64,000 nucleotides of DNA from Ranitomeya imitator (GCF_032444005.1 NC_091288.1:187240001-187304000), one strand, 5' to 3'; numbered from the stretch's first letter, positions 25,601-40,004 are shown. Numbers and translations are program-made. Notes: generated from the sequence alone by a model not told the origin.

Positions 25601-28600
25601 GCCACCACCTCCTCCCCGCAGAGCTGTATGATCAGTGCCACCACCTCCTCCCCGCAGAGCTGTATGATCAGTGCCACCACCTCCTCCCCGCAGAGCTGTA
25701 TGATCAGTGCCACCACCTCCTCCCCGCAGAGCTGTATGATCAGAGCCATCACCTCCTCCCCGCAGAGCTGTATGATCAGAGCCATCACCTTCTCCCCGCA
25801 GAGCTGTATGATCAGAGCCACCTTCTCCACGCAGAGCTGTATGATCAGTGCCACCACCTCCTCCTCGCAGAGCTGTATGATCAGAGCCACCACCTCCTCC
25901 CCGCAGAGCTGTATGATCAGAGCCATCACCTCCCCGCAGAGCTGTATGATCAGTGCCACCACCTCCTCGCAGAGCTGTATGATCAGTGCCACCTTCTCCC
26001 CGCAGAGCTGTATGATCAGAGCCATCACCTTCTCCTCGCAGAGCTGTATGATCAGTGCCACCACCTCCTCGCCGAGCTGTATGATCAGTGCCACCTTCTC
26101 CCCGCAGAGCTGTATGATCAGAGCCATCACCTTCCCGCAGAGCTGTATGATCAGAGCCATCACCTTCCCGCAGAGCTGTATGATCAGTGCCACCACCTCC
26201 TCGCAGAGCTGTATGATCAGTGCCACCTTCTCCCCGCAGAGCTGTATGATCAGAGCCACCACCTCCTCCCCGCAGAGCTGTATGATCAGAGCCATCACCT
26301 CCTCCCCGCAGAGCTGTATGATCAGTGACACCACCTCCTCGCAGAGCTGTATGATCAGTGCCACCTTCTCCCCGCAGAGCTGTATGATCAGAGCCATCAC
26401 CTTCTCCCCGCAGATCTGTATGATCAGAGCCACCTTCTCCCCGCAGAGCTGTATGATCAGAGCCACCTTCTCCCCGCAGAGCTGTATGATCAGAGCCACC
26501 ACCTCCTCCACGCAGAGCTGTATGATCAGAGCCACCACCTCCTCCCCGCAGAGCTGTATGATCAGTGCCACCACCTCCTCGCAGAGATGTATGATCAGAG
26601 CCACCTTCTCCCCGCAGAGCTGTATGATCAGAGCCATCACCTTCTCCCCGCAGAGCTGTATGATCAGAGCCACCTTCTCCCCGCAGAGCTGTATGATCAG
26701 TGCCACCACCTCCTCGCAGAGCTGTATGATCAGAGCCACCACCTCCTCCCCGCAGAGCTGTATGATCAGAGCCATCACCTCCCCGCAGAGCTGTATGATC
26801 AGAGCCATCACCTTCTCTCCGCAGAGCTGTATGATCAGAGCCACCTTCTCCCCGCAGAGCTGTATGATCAGAGCCATCACCTTCTCCTCGCAGAGCTGTA
26901 TGATCAGAGCCACCTTCTCCCCGCAGAGCTGTATGATCAGTGCCACCACCTCCTCGCAGAGCTGTATGATCAGAGCCACCTTCTCCCCGCAGAGCTGTAT
27001 GATCAGAGCCACCTTCTCCCCGCAGAGCTGTATGATCAGTGCCACCACCTCCTCGCCGAGCTGTATGATCAGTGCCACCTTCTCCCCGCAGAGCTGTATG
27101 ATCAGAGCCATCACCTCCCCGCAGAGCTGTATGATCAGAGCCATCACCTCCCCGCAGAGCTGTATGATCAGAGCCATCACCTTCTCCCCGCAGAGCTGTA
27201 TGATCAGAGCCACCTTCTCCCCGCAGAGCTGTATGATCAGTGCCACCACCTCCTCGCCGAGCTGTATGATCAGTGCCACCTTCTCCCCGCAGAGCTGTAT
27301 GATCAGAGCCATCACCTTCCCGCAGAGCTGTATGATCAGTGCCACCACCTCCTCGCAGAGCTGTATGATCAGTGCCACCTTCTCCCCGCAGAGCTGTATG
27401 ATCAGAGCCACCACCTCCTCGCAGAGCTGTATGATCAGAGCCATCACCTTCTCCCCGCAGAGCTGTATGATCAGAGCCATCACCTTCTCCCCGCAGAGCT
27501 GTATGATCAGAGCCACCTTCTCCCCGCAGAGCTGTATGATCAGTGCCACCACCTCCTCGCAGAGCTGTATGATCAGAGCCACCACCTCCTCCCCGCAGAG
27601 CTGTATGATCAGAGCCATCACCTCCCCGCAGAGCTGTATGATCAGAGCCATCACCTTCTCTCCGCAGAGCTGTATGATCAGAGCCACCTTCTCCCCGCAG
27701 AGCTGTATGATCAGTGCCACCACATCCTCGCAGAGCTGTATGATCAGTGCCACTTTCTCCCCGCAGAGCTGTATGATCAGAGCCATCACCTTCTCCTCGC
27801 AGAGCTGTATGATCAGAGCCACCTTCTCCCCGCAGAGCTGTATGATCAGTGCCACCACCTCCTCGCAGAGCTGTATGATCAGAGCCACCTTCTCCCTGCA
27901 GAGCTGTATGATCAGAGCCATCACCTCCCCGCAGAGCTGTATGATCAGAGCCATCACCTTCTCCCCACAGAGCTGTATGATCAGAGCCACCTTCTCCCCG
28001 CAGAGCTGTATGATCAGTGTCACCACCTCCTCGCAGAGCTGTATGATCAGTGTCACCACCTCCTCGTCGCAGAGCTGTATGATCAGAGCCACCTTCTCCC
28101 CGCAGAGCTGTATGATCAGAGCCATCACTTCCTCCCCGCAGAGCTGTATGATCAGAGCCATCACCTCCCCGCAGAGCTGTATGATCAGAGGTATCACCTT
28201 CTCCCCGAAGAGCTGTATGATCAGAGCCATCACCTCCCCGCAGAGCTGTATGATCAGAGCCATCACCTTCTCTCCGCAGAGCTGTATGATCAGAGCCACC
28301 TTCTCCCCGCAGAGCTGTATGATCAGTGCCACAACCTCCTCGCAGAGCTGTATGATCAGTGCCACTTTCTTCCCGCAGAGCTGTATGATCAGAGCCATCA
28401 CCTTCTCCTCGCAGAGCTGTATGATCAGAGCCACCTTCTCCCCGCAGAGCTGTATGATCAGTGCCACCACCTCCTCGCAGAGCTGTATGATCAGAGCCAC
28501 CTTCTCCCCGCAGAGCTGTATGATCAGTGCCACCACCTCCTCGCAGAGCTGTATGATCAGAGCCACCACCTCCTCCCCGCAGAGCTGTATGATCAGTGCC

Positions 28601-31600
28601 ACCACCTCCTCGCAGAGCTGTATGATCAGTGCCACTTTCTCCCCGCAGAGCTGTATGATCAGAGCCATCACCTTCTCCTCGCAGAGCTGTATGATCAGTG
28701 CCACCACCTCCTCGCAGAGCTGTATGATCAGAGCCACCTTCTCCCCGCAGAGCTGTATGATCAGAGCCATCACCTCCCCGCAGAGCTGTATGATCAGAGC
28801 CATCACCTTCTCCCCACAGAGCTGTATGTTCAGAGCCACCTTCTCCCCGCAGAGCTGTATGATCAGAGCCATCACCTTCTCTCCGCAGAGCTGTATGATC
28901 AGAGCCACCTTCTCCCCGCAGAGCTGTATGATCAGTGCCACAACCTCCTCGCAGAGCTGTATGATCAGTGCCACTTTCTTCCCGCAGAGCTGTATGATCA
29001 GAGCCATCACCTTCTCCTCGCAGAGCTGTATGATCAGAGCCACCTTCTCCCCGCAGAGCTGTATGATCAGTGCCACCACCTCCTCGCAGAGCTGTATGAT
29101 CAGAGCCACCTTCTCCCCGCAGAGCTGTATGATCAGTGCCACCACCTCCTCGCAGAGCTGTATGATCAGAGCCACCACCTCCTCCCCGCAGAGCTGTATG
29201 ATCAGTGCCACCACCTCCTCGCAGAGCTGTATGATCAGTGCCACTTTCTCCCCGCAGAGCTGTATGATCAGAGCCATCACCTTCTCCTCGCAGAGCTGTA
29301 TGATCAGTGCCACCACCTCCTCGCAGAGCTGTATGATCAGAGCCACCTTCTCCCCGCAGAGCTGTATGATCAGAGCCATCACCTCCCCGCAGAGCTGTAT
29401 GATCAGAGCCATCACCTTCTCCCCACAGAGCTGTATGTTCAGAGCCACCTTCTCCCCGCAGAGCTGTATGATCAGTGCCACCACCTCCTCGCAGAGCTGT
29501 ATGATCAGAGCCACCTTCTCCCCGCAGAGCTGTATGATCAGAGCCATCACCTTCCCGCAGAGCTGTATGATCAGTGTCACCACCTCCTCGCAGAGCTGTA
29601 TGATCAGTGTCACCACCTCCTCGTCGCAGAGCTGTATGATCAGAGCCACCTTCTCCCCGCAGAGCTGTATGATCAGAGCCATCACTTCCTCCCCGCAGAG
29701 CTGTATGATCAGAGCCATCACCTCCCCGCAGAGCTGTATGATCAGAGGTATCACCTTCTCCCCGAAGAGCTGTATGATCAGAGACATCACCTCCCCGCAG
29801 AGCTGTATGATCAGAGCCATCACCTTCTCTCCGCAGAGCTGTATGATCAGAGCCACCTTCTCCCCGCAGAGCTGTATGATCAGTGCCACAACCTCCTCGC
29901 AGAGCTGTATGATCAGTGCCACTTTCTTCCCGCAGAGCTGTATGATCAGAGCCATCACCTTCTCCTCGCAGAGCTGTATGATCAGAGCCACCTTCTCCCC
30001 GCAGAGCTGTATGATCAGTGCCACCACCTCCTCGCAGAGCTGTATGATCAGAGCCACCTTCTCCCCGCAGAGCTGTATGATCAGTGCCACCACCTCCTCG
30101 CAGAGCTGTATGATCAGAGCCACCACCTCCTCCCCGCAGAGCTGTATGATCAGTGCCACCACCTCCTCGCAGAGCTGTATGATCAGTGCCACTTTCTCCC
30201 CGCAGAGCTGTATGATCAGAGCCATCACCTTCTCCTCGCAGAGCTGTATGATCAGTGCCACCACCTCCTCGCAGAGCTGTATGATCAGAGCCACCTTCTC
30301 CCCGCAGAGCTGTATGATCAGAGCCATCACCTCCCCGCAGAGCTGTATGATCAGAGCCATCACCTTCTCCCCACAGAGCTGTATGTTCAGAGCCACCTTC
30401 TCCCCGCAGAGCTGTATGATCAGTGCCACCACCTCCTCGCAGAGCTGTATGATCAGAGCCACCACCTCCTCCCCGCAGAGCTGTATGATCAGAGCCATCA
30501 CCTCCCCGCAGAGCTGTATGATCAGAGCCATCACCTTCTCCCCGCAGAGCTGTATGATCAGAGCCACCTTCTCCCCGCAGAGCTGTATGATCAGTGCCAC
30601 CACCTCCTCGCCGAGCTGTATGATCAGTGCCACCTTCTCCCCGCAGAGCTGTATGATCAGAGCCATCACCTTCCCGCAGAGCTGTATGATCAGTGCCACC
30701 ACCTCCTCGCAGAGCTGTATGATCAGTGCCACCTTCTCCCCGCAGAGCTGTATGATCAGAGCCACCACCTCCTCGCAGAGCTGTATGATCAGAGCCATCA
30801 CCTTCTCCCCGCAGAGCTGTATGATCAGAGCCATCACCTTCTCCCCGCAGAGCTGTATGATCAGAGCCACCTTCTCCCCGCAGAGCTGTATGATCAGTGC
30901 CACCACCTCCTCGCAGAGCTGTATGATCAGAGCCACCACCTCCTCCCCGCAGAGCTGTATGATCAGAGCCACCACCTCCTCCCCGCAGAGCTGTATGATC
31001 AGAGCCACCTTCTCCCCGCAGAGCTGTATGATCAGTGCCACCACCTCCTCGCAGAGCTGTATGATCAGAGCCACCACCTCCTCCCCGCAGAGCTGTATGA
31101 TCAGTGCCATCACCTCCTCCCCGCAGAGCTGTATGATCAGTGCCACCACCTCCTCCCCGCAGAGCTGTATGATCAGTGCCACCACCTCCTCCCCGCAGAG
31201 CTGTATGATCAGTGCCACCACCTCCTCCCCGCAGAGCTGTATGATCAGTGCCACCACCTCCTCCCCGCAGAGCTGTATGATCAGAGCCATCACCTCCTCC
31301 CCGCAGAGCTGTATGATCAGAGCCATCACCTTCTCCCCGCAGAGCTGTATGATCAGAGCCACCTTCTCCACGCAGAGCTGTATGATCAGTGCCACCACCT
31401 CCTCCTCGCAGAGCTGTATGATCAGAGCCACCACCTCCTCCCCGCAGAGCTGTATGATCAGAGCCATCACCTCCCCGCAGAGCTGTATGATCAGTGCCAC
31501 CACCTCCTCGCAGAGCTGTATGATCAGTGCCACCTTCTCCCCGCAGAGCTGTATGATCAGAGCCATCACCTTCTCCTCGCAGAGCTGTATGATCAGTGCC

Positions 31601-34600
31601 ACCACCTCCTCGCCGAGCTGTATGATCAGTGCCACCTTCTCCCCGCAGAGCTGTATGATCAGAGCCATCACCTTCCCGCAGAGCTGTATGATCAGAGCCA
31701 TCACCTTCCCGCAGAGCTGTATGATCAGTGCCACCACCTCCTCGCAGAGCTGTATGATCAGTGCCACCTTCTCCCCGCAGAGCTGTATGATCAGAGCCAC
31801 CACCTCCTCCCCGCAGAGCTGTATGATCAGTGACACCACCTCCTCGCAGAGCTGTATGATCAGTGCCACCTTCTCCCCGCAGAGCTGTATGATCAGAGCC
31901 ATCACCTTCTCCCCGCAGATCTGTATGATCAGAGCCACCTTCTCCCCGCAGAGCTGTATGATCAGAGCCACCTTCTCCCCGCAGAGCTGTATGATCAGAG
32001 CCACCACCTCCTCCACGCAGAGCTGTATGATCAGAGCCACCACCTCCTCCCCGCAGAGCTGTATGATCAGAGCCATCACCTCCCCGCAGAGCTGTATGAT
32101 CAGAGCCATCACCTTCTCTCCGCAGAGCTGTATGATCAGAGCCACCTTCTCCCCGCAGAGCTGTATGATCAGAGCCATCACCTTCTCCTCGCAGAGCTGT
32201 ATGATCAGAGCCACCTTCTCCCCGCAGAGCTGTATGATCAGTGCCACCACCTCCTCGCAGAGCTGTATGATCAGAGCCACCTTCTCCCCGCAGAGCTGTA
32301 TGATCAGAGCCACCTTCTCCCCGCAGAGCTGTATGATCAGTGCCACCACCTCCTCGCCGAGCTGTATGATCAGTGCCACCTTCTCCCCGCAGAGCTGTAT
32401 GATCAGAGCCATCACCTCCCCGCAGAGCTGTATGATCAGAGCCATCACCTCCCCGCAGAGCTGTATGATCAGAGCCATCACCTTCTCCCCGCAGAGCTGT
32501 ATGATCAGAGCCACCTTCTCCCCGCAGAGCTGTATGATCAGTGCCACCACCTCCTCGCCGAGCTGTATGATCAGTGCCACCTTCTCCCCGCAGAGCTGTA
32601 TGATCAGAGCCATCACCTTCCCGCAGAGCTGTATGATCAGTGCCACCACCTCCTCGCAGAGCTGTATGATCAGTGCCACCTTCTCCCCGCAGAGCTGTAT
32701 GATCAGAGCCACCACCTCCTCGCAGAGCTGTATGATCAGAGCCATCACCTTCTCCCCGCAGAGCTGTATGATCAGAGCCATCACCTTCTCCCCGCAGAGC
32801 TGTATGATCAGAGCCACCTTCTCCCCGCAGAGCTGTATGATCAGTGCCACCACCTCCTCGCAGAGCTGTATGATCAGAGCCACCACCTCCTCCCCGCAGA
32901 GCTGTATGATCAGAGCCATCACCTCCCCGCAGAGCTGTATGATCAGAGCCATCACCTTCTCTCCGCAGAGCTGTATGATCAGAGCCACCTTCTCCCCGCA
33001 GAGCTGTATGATCAGTGCCACCACCTCCTCGCAGAGCTGTATGATCAGTGCCACTTTCTCCCCGCAGAGCTGTATGATCAGAGCCATCACCTTCTCCTCG
33101 CAGAGCTGTATGATCAGAGCCACCTTCTCCCCGCAGAGCTGTATGATCAGTGCCACCACCTCCTCGCAGAGCTGTATGATCAGAGCCACCTTCTCCCTGC
33201 AGAGCTGTATGATCAGAGCCATCACCTCCCCGCAGAGCTGTATGATCAGAGCCATCACCTTCTCCCCACAGAGCTGTATCATCAGAGCCACCTTCTCCCC
33301 GCAGAGCTGTATGATCAGTGCCACCACCTCCTCGCAGAGCTGTATGATCAGAGCCACCTTCTCCCCGCAGAGCTGTATGATCAGAGCCATCACCTTCCCG
33401 CAGAGCTGTATGATCAGTGTCACCACCTCCTCGCAGAGCTGTATGATCAGTGTCACCACCTCCTCGTCGCAGAGCTGTATGATCAGAGCCACCTTCTCCC
33501 CGCAGAGCTGTATGATCAGAGCCATCACTTCCTCCCCGCAGAGCTGTATGATCAGAGCCATCACCTCCCCGCAGAGCTGTATGATCAGAGGTATCACCTT
33601 CTCCCCGAAGAGCTGTATGATCAGAGCCATCACCTCCCCGCAGAGCTGTATGATCAGAGCCATCACCTTCTCTCCGCAGAGCTGTATGATCAGAGCCACC
33701 TTCTCCCCGCAGAGCTGTATGATCAGTGCCACAACCTCCTCGCAGAGCTGTATGATCAGTGCCACTTTCTTCCCGCAGAGCTGTATGATCAGAGCCATCA
33801 CCTTCTCCTCGCAGAGCTGTATGATCAGAGCCACCTTCTCCCCGCAGAGCTGTATGATCAGTGCCACCACCTCCTCGCAGAGCTGTATGATCAGAGCCAC
33901 CTTCTCCCCGCAGAGCTGTATGATCAGTGCCACCACCTCCTCGCAGAGCTGTATGATCAGAGCCACCACCTCCTCCCCGCAGAGCTGTATGATCAGTGCC
34001 ACCACCTCCTCGCAGAGCTGTATGATCAGTGCCACTTTCTCCCCGCAGAGCTGTATGATCAGAGCCATCACCTTCTCCTCGCAGAGCTGTATGATCAGTG
34101 CCACCACCTCCTCGCAGAGCTGTATGATCAGAGCCACCTTCTCCCCGCAGAGCTGTATGATCAGAGCCATCACCTCCCCGCAGAGCTGTATGATCAGAGC
34201 CATCACCTTCTCCCCACAGAGCTGTATGTTCAGAGCCACCTTCTCCCCGCAGAGCTGTATGATCAGTGCCACCACCTCCTCGCAGAGCTGTATGATCAGA
34301 GCCACCTTCTCCCCGCAGAGCTGTATGATCAGAGCCATCACCTTCCCGCAGAGCTGTATGATCAGTGTCACCACCTCCTCGCAGAGCTGTATGATCAGTG
34401 TCACCACCTCCTCGTCGCAGAGCTGTATGATCAGAGCCACCTTCTCCCCGCAGAGCTGTATGATCAGAGCCATCACTTCCTCACCGCAGAGCTGTATGAT
34501 CAGAGCCATCACCTCCCCGCAGAGCTGTATGATCAGAGGTATCACCTTCTCCCCGAAGAGCTGCATGATCAGTGCCACCACCTCCTCGCAGAGCTGTATG

Positions 34601-37600
34601 ATCAGAGCCACCTTCTCCCCGCAGAGCTGTATGATCAGAGCCATCACCTTCTCCCCGCAGAGCTGTATGATCAGAGCCACCTTCTCCCCGCAGAGCTGTA
34701 TGATCAGTGCCACCACCTCCTCGCAGAGCTGTATGATCAGAGCCACCACCTCCTCCCCGCAGAGCTGTATGATCAGAGCCATCACCTCCCCGCAGAGCTG
34801 TATGATCAGAGCCATCACCTTCTCTCCGCAGAGCTGTATGATCAGAGCCACCTTCTCCCCGCAGAGCTGTATGATCAGAGCCATCACCTTCTCCTCGCAG
34901 AGCTGTATGATCAGAGCCACCTTCTCCCCGCAGAGCTGTATGATCAGTGCCACCACCTCCTCGCAGAGCTGTATGATCAGAGCCACCTTCTCCCCGCAGA
35001 GCTGTATGATCAGAGCCATCACCTTCCCGCAGAGCTGTATGATCAGTGTCACCACCTCCTCGCAGAGCTGTATGATCAGTGTCACCACCTCCTCGTCGCA
35101 GAGCTGTATGATCAGAGCCACCTTCTCCCCGCAGAGCTGTATGATCAGAGCCATCACTTCCTCCCCGCAGAGCTGTATGATCAGAGCCATCACCTCCCCG
35201 CAGAGCTGTATGATCAGAGGTATCACCTTCTCCCCGAAGAGCTGTATGATCAGAGCCATCACCTCCCCGCAGAGCTGTATGATCAGAGCCATCACCTTCT
35301 CTCCGCAGAGCTGTATGATCAGAGCCACCTTCTCCCCGCAGAGCTGTATGATCAGTGCCACAACCTCCTCGCAGAGCTGTATGATCAGTGCCACTTTCTT
35401 CCCGCAGAGCTGTATGATCAGAGCCATCACCTTCTCCTCGCAGAGCTGTATGATCAGAGCCACCTTCTCCCCGCAGAGCTGTATGATCAGTGCCACCACC
35501 TCCTCGCAGAGCTGTATGATCAGAGCCACCTTCTCCCCGCAGAGCTGTATGATCAGTGCCACCACCTCCTCGCAGAGCTGTATGATCAGAGCCACCACCT
35601 CCTCCCCGCAGAGCTGTATGATCAGTGCCACCACCTCCTCGCAGAGCTGTATGATCAGTGCCACTTTCTCCCCGCAGAGCTGTATGATCAGAGCCATCAC
35701 CTTCTCCTCGCAGAGCTGTATGATCAGTGCCACCACCTCCTCGCAGAGCTGTATGATCAGAGCCACCTTCTCCCCGCAGAGCTGTATGATCAGAGCCATC
35801 ACCTCCCCGCAGAGCTGTATGATCAGAGCCATCACCTTCTCCCCACAGAGCTGTATGTTCAGAGCCACCTTCTCCCCGCAGAGCTGTATGATCAGTGCCA
35901 CCACCTCCTCGCAGAGCTGTATGATCAGAGCCACCTTCTCCCCGCAGAGCTGTATGATCAGAGCCACCTTCTCCCCGCAGAGCTGTATGATCAGAGCCAC
36001 CTTCTCCCCGCAGAGCTGTATGATCAGTGCCACCACCTCCTCGCAGAGCTGTATGATCAGAGCCACCACCTCCTCCCCGCAGAGCTGTATGATCAGAGCC
36101 ATCACCTCCCCGCAGAGCTGTATGATCAGAGCCATCACCTTCTCTCCGCAGAGCTGTATGATCAGAGCCACCTTCTCCCCGCAGAGCTGTATGATCAGTG
36201 CCACCACCTCCTCGCAGAGCTGTATGATCAGTGCCACTTTCTCCCCGCAGAGCTGTATGATCAGAGCCATCACCTTCTCCTCGCAGAGCTGTATGATCAG
36301 AGCCACCTTCTCCCCGCAGAGCTGTGTGATCAGTGCCACCACCTCCTCGCAGAGCTGTATGATCAGAGCCACCTTCTCCCCGCAGAGCTGTATGATCAGA
36401 GCCACCTTCTCCCCGCAGAGCTGTATGATCAGTGCCACCACCTCCTCGCCGAGCTGTATGATCAGTGCCACCTTCTCCCCGCAGAGCTGTATGATCAGAG
36501 CCATCACCTCCCCGCAGAGCTGTATGATCAGAGCCATCACCTCCCCGCAGAGCTGTAGGATCAGAGCCATCACCTTCTCCCCGCAGAGCTGTATGATCAG
36601 TGCCACCACCTCCTCGCAGAGCTGTATGATCAGTGCCACCTTCTCCCCGCAGAGCTGTATGATCAGAGCCATCACCTTCCCGCAGAGCTGTATGATCAGT
36701 GCCACCACCTCCTCGCAGAGCTGTATGATCAGTGCCACCTTCTCCCCGCAGAGCTGTATGATCAGAGCCATCACCTTCCCGCAGAGCTGTATGATCAGTG
36801 CCACCACCTCCTCGCAGAGCTGTATGATCAGTGCCACCTTCTCCCCGCAGAGCTGTATGATCAGAGCCATCACCTTCCCGCAGAGCTGTATGATCAGAGC
36901 CACCACCTCCTCGCAGAGCTGTATGATCAGAGCCACCTTCTCCCCGCAGAGCTGTATGATCAGAGCCATCACCTTCTCCCCGCAGAGCTGTATGATCAGA
37001 GCCACCTTCTCCCCGCAGAGCTGTATGATCAGTGCCACCACCTCCTCGCAGAGCTGTATGATCAGAGCCACCACCTCCTCCCCGCAGAGCTGTATGATCA
37101 GAGCCATCACCTCCCCGCAGAGCTGTATGATCAGAGCCATCACCTTCTCTCCGCAGAGCTGTATGATCAGAGCCACCTTCTCCCCGCAGAGCTGTATGAT
37201 CAGTGCCACCACCTCCTCGCAGAGCTGTATGATCAGTGCCACTTTCTCCCCGCAGAGCTGTATGATCAGAGCCATCACCTTCTCCTCGTAGAGCTGTATG
37301 ATCAGAGCCACCTTCTCCCCGCAGAGCTGTATGATCAGTGTCACCACCTCCTCGCAGAGCTGTATGATCAGAGCCACCTTCTCCCCGCAGAGCTGTATGA
37401 TCAGAGCCATCACCTCCCCGCAGAGCTGTATGATCAGAGCCATCACCTTCTCCCCACATAGCTGTATGATCAGAGCCACCTTCTCCCCGCAGAGCTGTAT
37501 GATCAGTGCCACCACCTCCTCGCAGAGCTGTATGATCAGAGCCACCTTCTCCCCGCAGAGCTGTATGATCAGAGCCACCTTCTCCCCGCAGAGCTGTATG

Positions 37601-38940
37601 ATCAGAGCCATCACCTCCCCGCAGAGCTGTATGATCAGTGCCACCACCTCCTCGCAGAGCTGTATGATCAGTGCCACCTTCTCCCCGCAGAGCTGTATGA
37701 TCAGAGCCACCACCTCCTCGCAGAGCTGTATGATCAGAGCCACCTTCTCCCCGCAGAGCTGTATGATCAGTGCCATCACCTCCTCGCAGAGCTGTATGAT
37801 CAGAGCCACCTTCTCCCCGCAGAGCTGTATGATCAGAGCCATCACCTCCTCCCCGCAGAGCTGTATGATCAGAGCCATCACCTCCTCCCCGCAGAGCTGT
37901 ATGATCAGTGACACCACCTCCTCGCAGAGCTGTATGATCAGTGCCACCTTCTCCCCGCAGAGCTGTATGATCAGAGCCATCACCTTCTCCCCGCAGAGCT
38001 GTATGATCAGAGCCACCTTCTCCACGCAGAGCTGTATGATCAGAGCCACCTTCTCCCCGCAGAGCTGTATGATCAGAGCCACCACCTCCTCCACGCAGAG
38101 CTGTATGATCAGAGCCACCACCTCCTCCCCGCAGAGCTGTATGATCAGTGCCACCACCTCCTCCCCGCAGAGCTGTATGATCAGAGCCACCACCTCCTCC
38201 CCGCAGAGCTGTATGATCAGTGCCACCACCTCCTCGCAGAGCTGTATGATCAGAGCCACCTTCTCCCCGCAGAGCTGTATGATCAGAGCCACCACCTTCT
38301 CCTCGCAGAGCTGTATGATCAGAGCCACCTTCTCCCCGCAGAGCTGTATGATCAGTGCCACCACCTCCTCGCAGAGCTGTATGATCAGAGCCACCACCTC
38401 CTCCCCGCAGAGCTGTATGATCAGAGCCATCACCTCCCCGCAGAGCTGTATGATCAGAGCCATCACCTTCTCTCCGCAGAGCTGTATGATCAGTGCCACC
38501 ACCTCCTCGCAGAGCTGTATGATCAGTGCCACTTTCTCCCCGCAGAGCTGTATGATCAGAGCCATCACCTTCTCCTCGCAGAGCTGTATGATCAGAGCCA
38601 CCTTCTCCCCGCAGAGCTGTATGATCAGTGCCACCACCTCCTCGTAGAGCTGTATGATCAGAGCCACCTTCTCCCCGCAGAGCTGTATGATCAGAGCCAT
38701 CACCTTCCCGCAGAGCTGTATGATCAGTGCCACCACCTCCTCGCAGAGCTGTATGATCAGTGTCACCACCTCCTCGTCGCAGAGCTGTATGGTCAGAGCC
38801 ACCACCTCCTCCCCGCAGAGCTGTATCATCAGAGCCATCACTTCCTCCCCGCAGAGCTGTATGATCAGAGCCATCACTTCTTCCCCGCAGAGCTGTATGA
38901 TCAGAGCCATCACTTCCTCCTCGCAGAGCTGTATGATCAG
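16619..38940 (+). repeat. H1-3'-end satellite array 2, 22.3 kb, roughly 650 units of 33/36 bp
   Basis: Uninterrupted tandem units with a near-invariant GCAGAGCTGTATGATCAG and a variable C-rich spacer; ends ...gtatgatcag|ttctcggact. Copy number estimated from length. Confidence 0.99.
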
Positions 38941-39317
38941 TTCTCGGACTTGTAATGATTTTAATATAACAGACGCTGGTCGCAGTTTCAGGATGGGGGG
39001 TGGGGTGATCTGATGATAATGCGGGAGCTGCAGTGTACAGCGCTATATACGGGGACATTTCAGCACAGATACACCAGCTGCTCCAGCAGCGGCAAATAAT
39101 CAATAAGCGCCTCAGAAAAGTGGGGTCGAGATAACACTGGTATAGCCCCCCTATTAATATTACCCAGATGTCTCGGGTTATAAGGACAACTCCAATAAAC
39201 ATACAAAACCAAAGAAAGGAGTGAACCAGTCCCACAAAACATAATACAAATCAATAATGCTTTATTATTACAGAAAATTATATCCACAAAAATACATAAA
39301 ACACATAAATCCAGTAA

Positions 39318-40004
<687 letters not shown>

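Noticed and set aside
16564-38913. 7449-aa, 6882-aa and other giant ORFs over the satellite (also 5659-6468, 5738-6448, 62572-63999)
   Set aside because: Pure tandem repeat open in several frames on both strands, downstream of the H1 processing site, with no domain, promoter or plausible start. Not called as CDS.
16619-38940. CRISPR-like look (constant 18-mer plus variable part)
   Set aside because: The variable parts are 15-18-nt variants of one C-rich sequence, not unique spacers. The context is eukaryotic and there are no cas genes.
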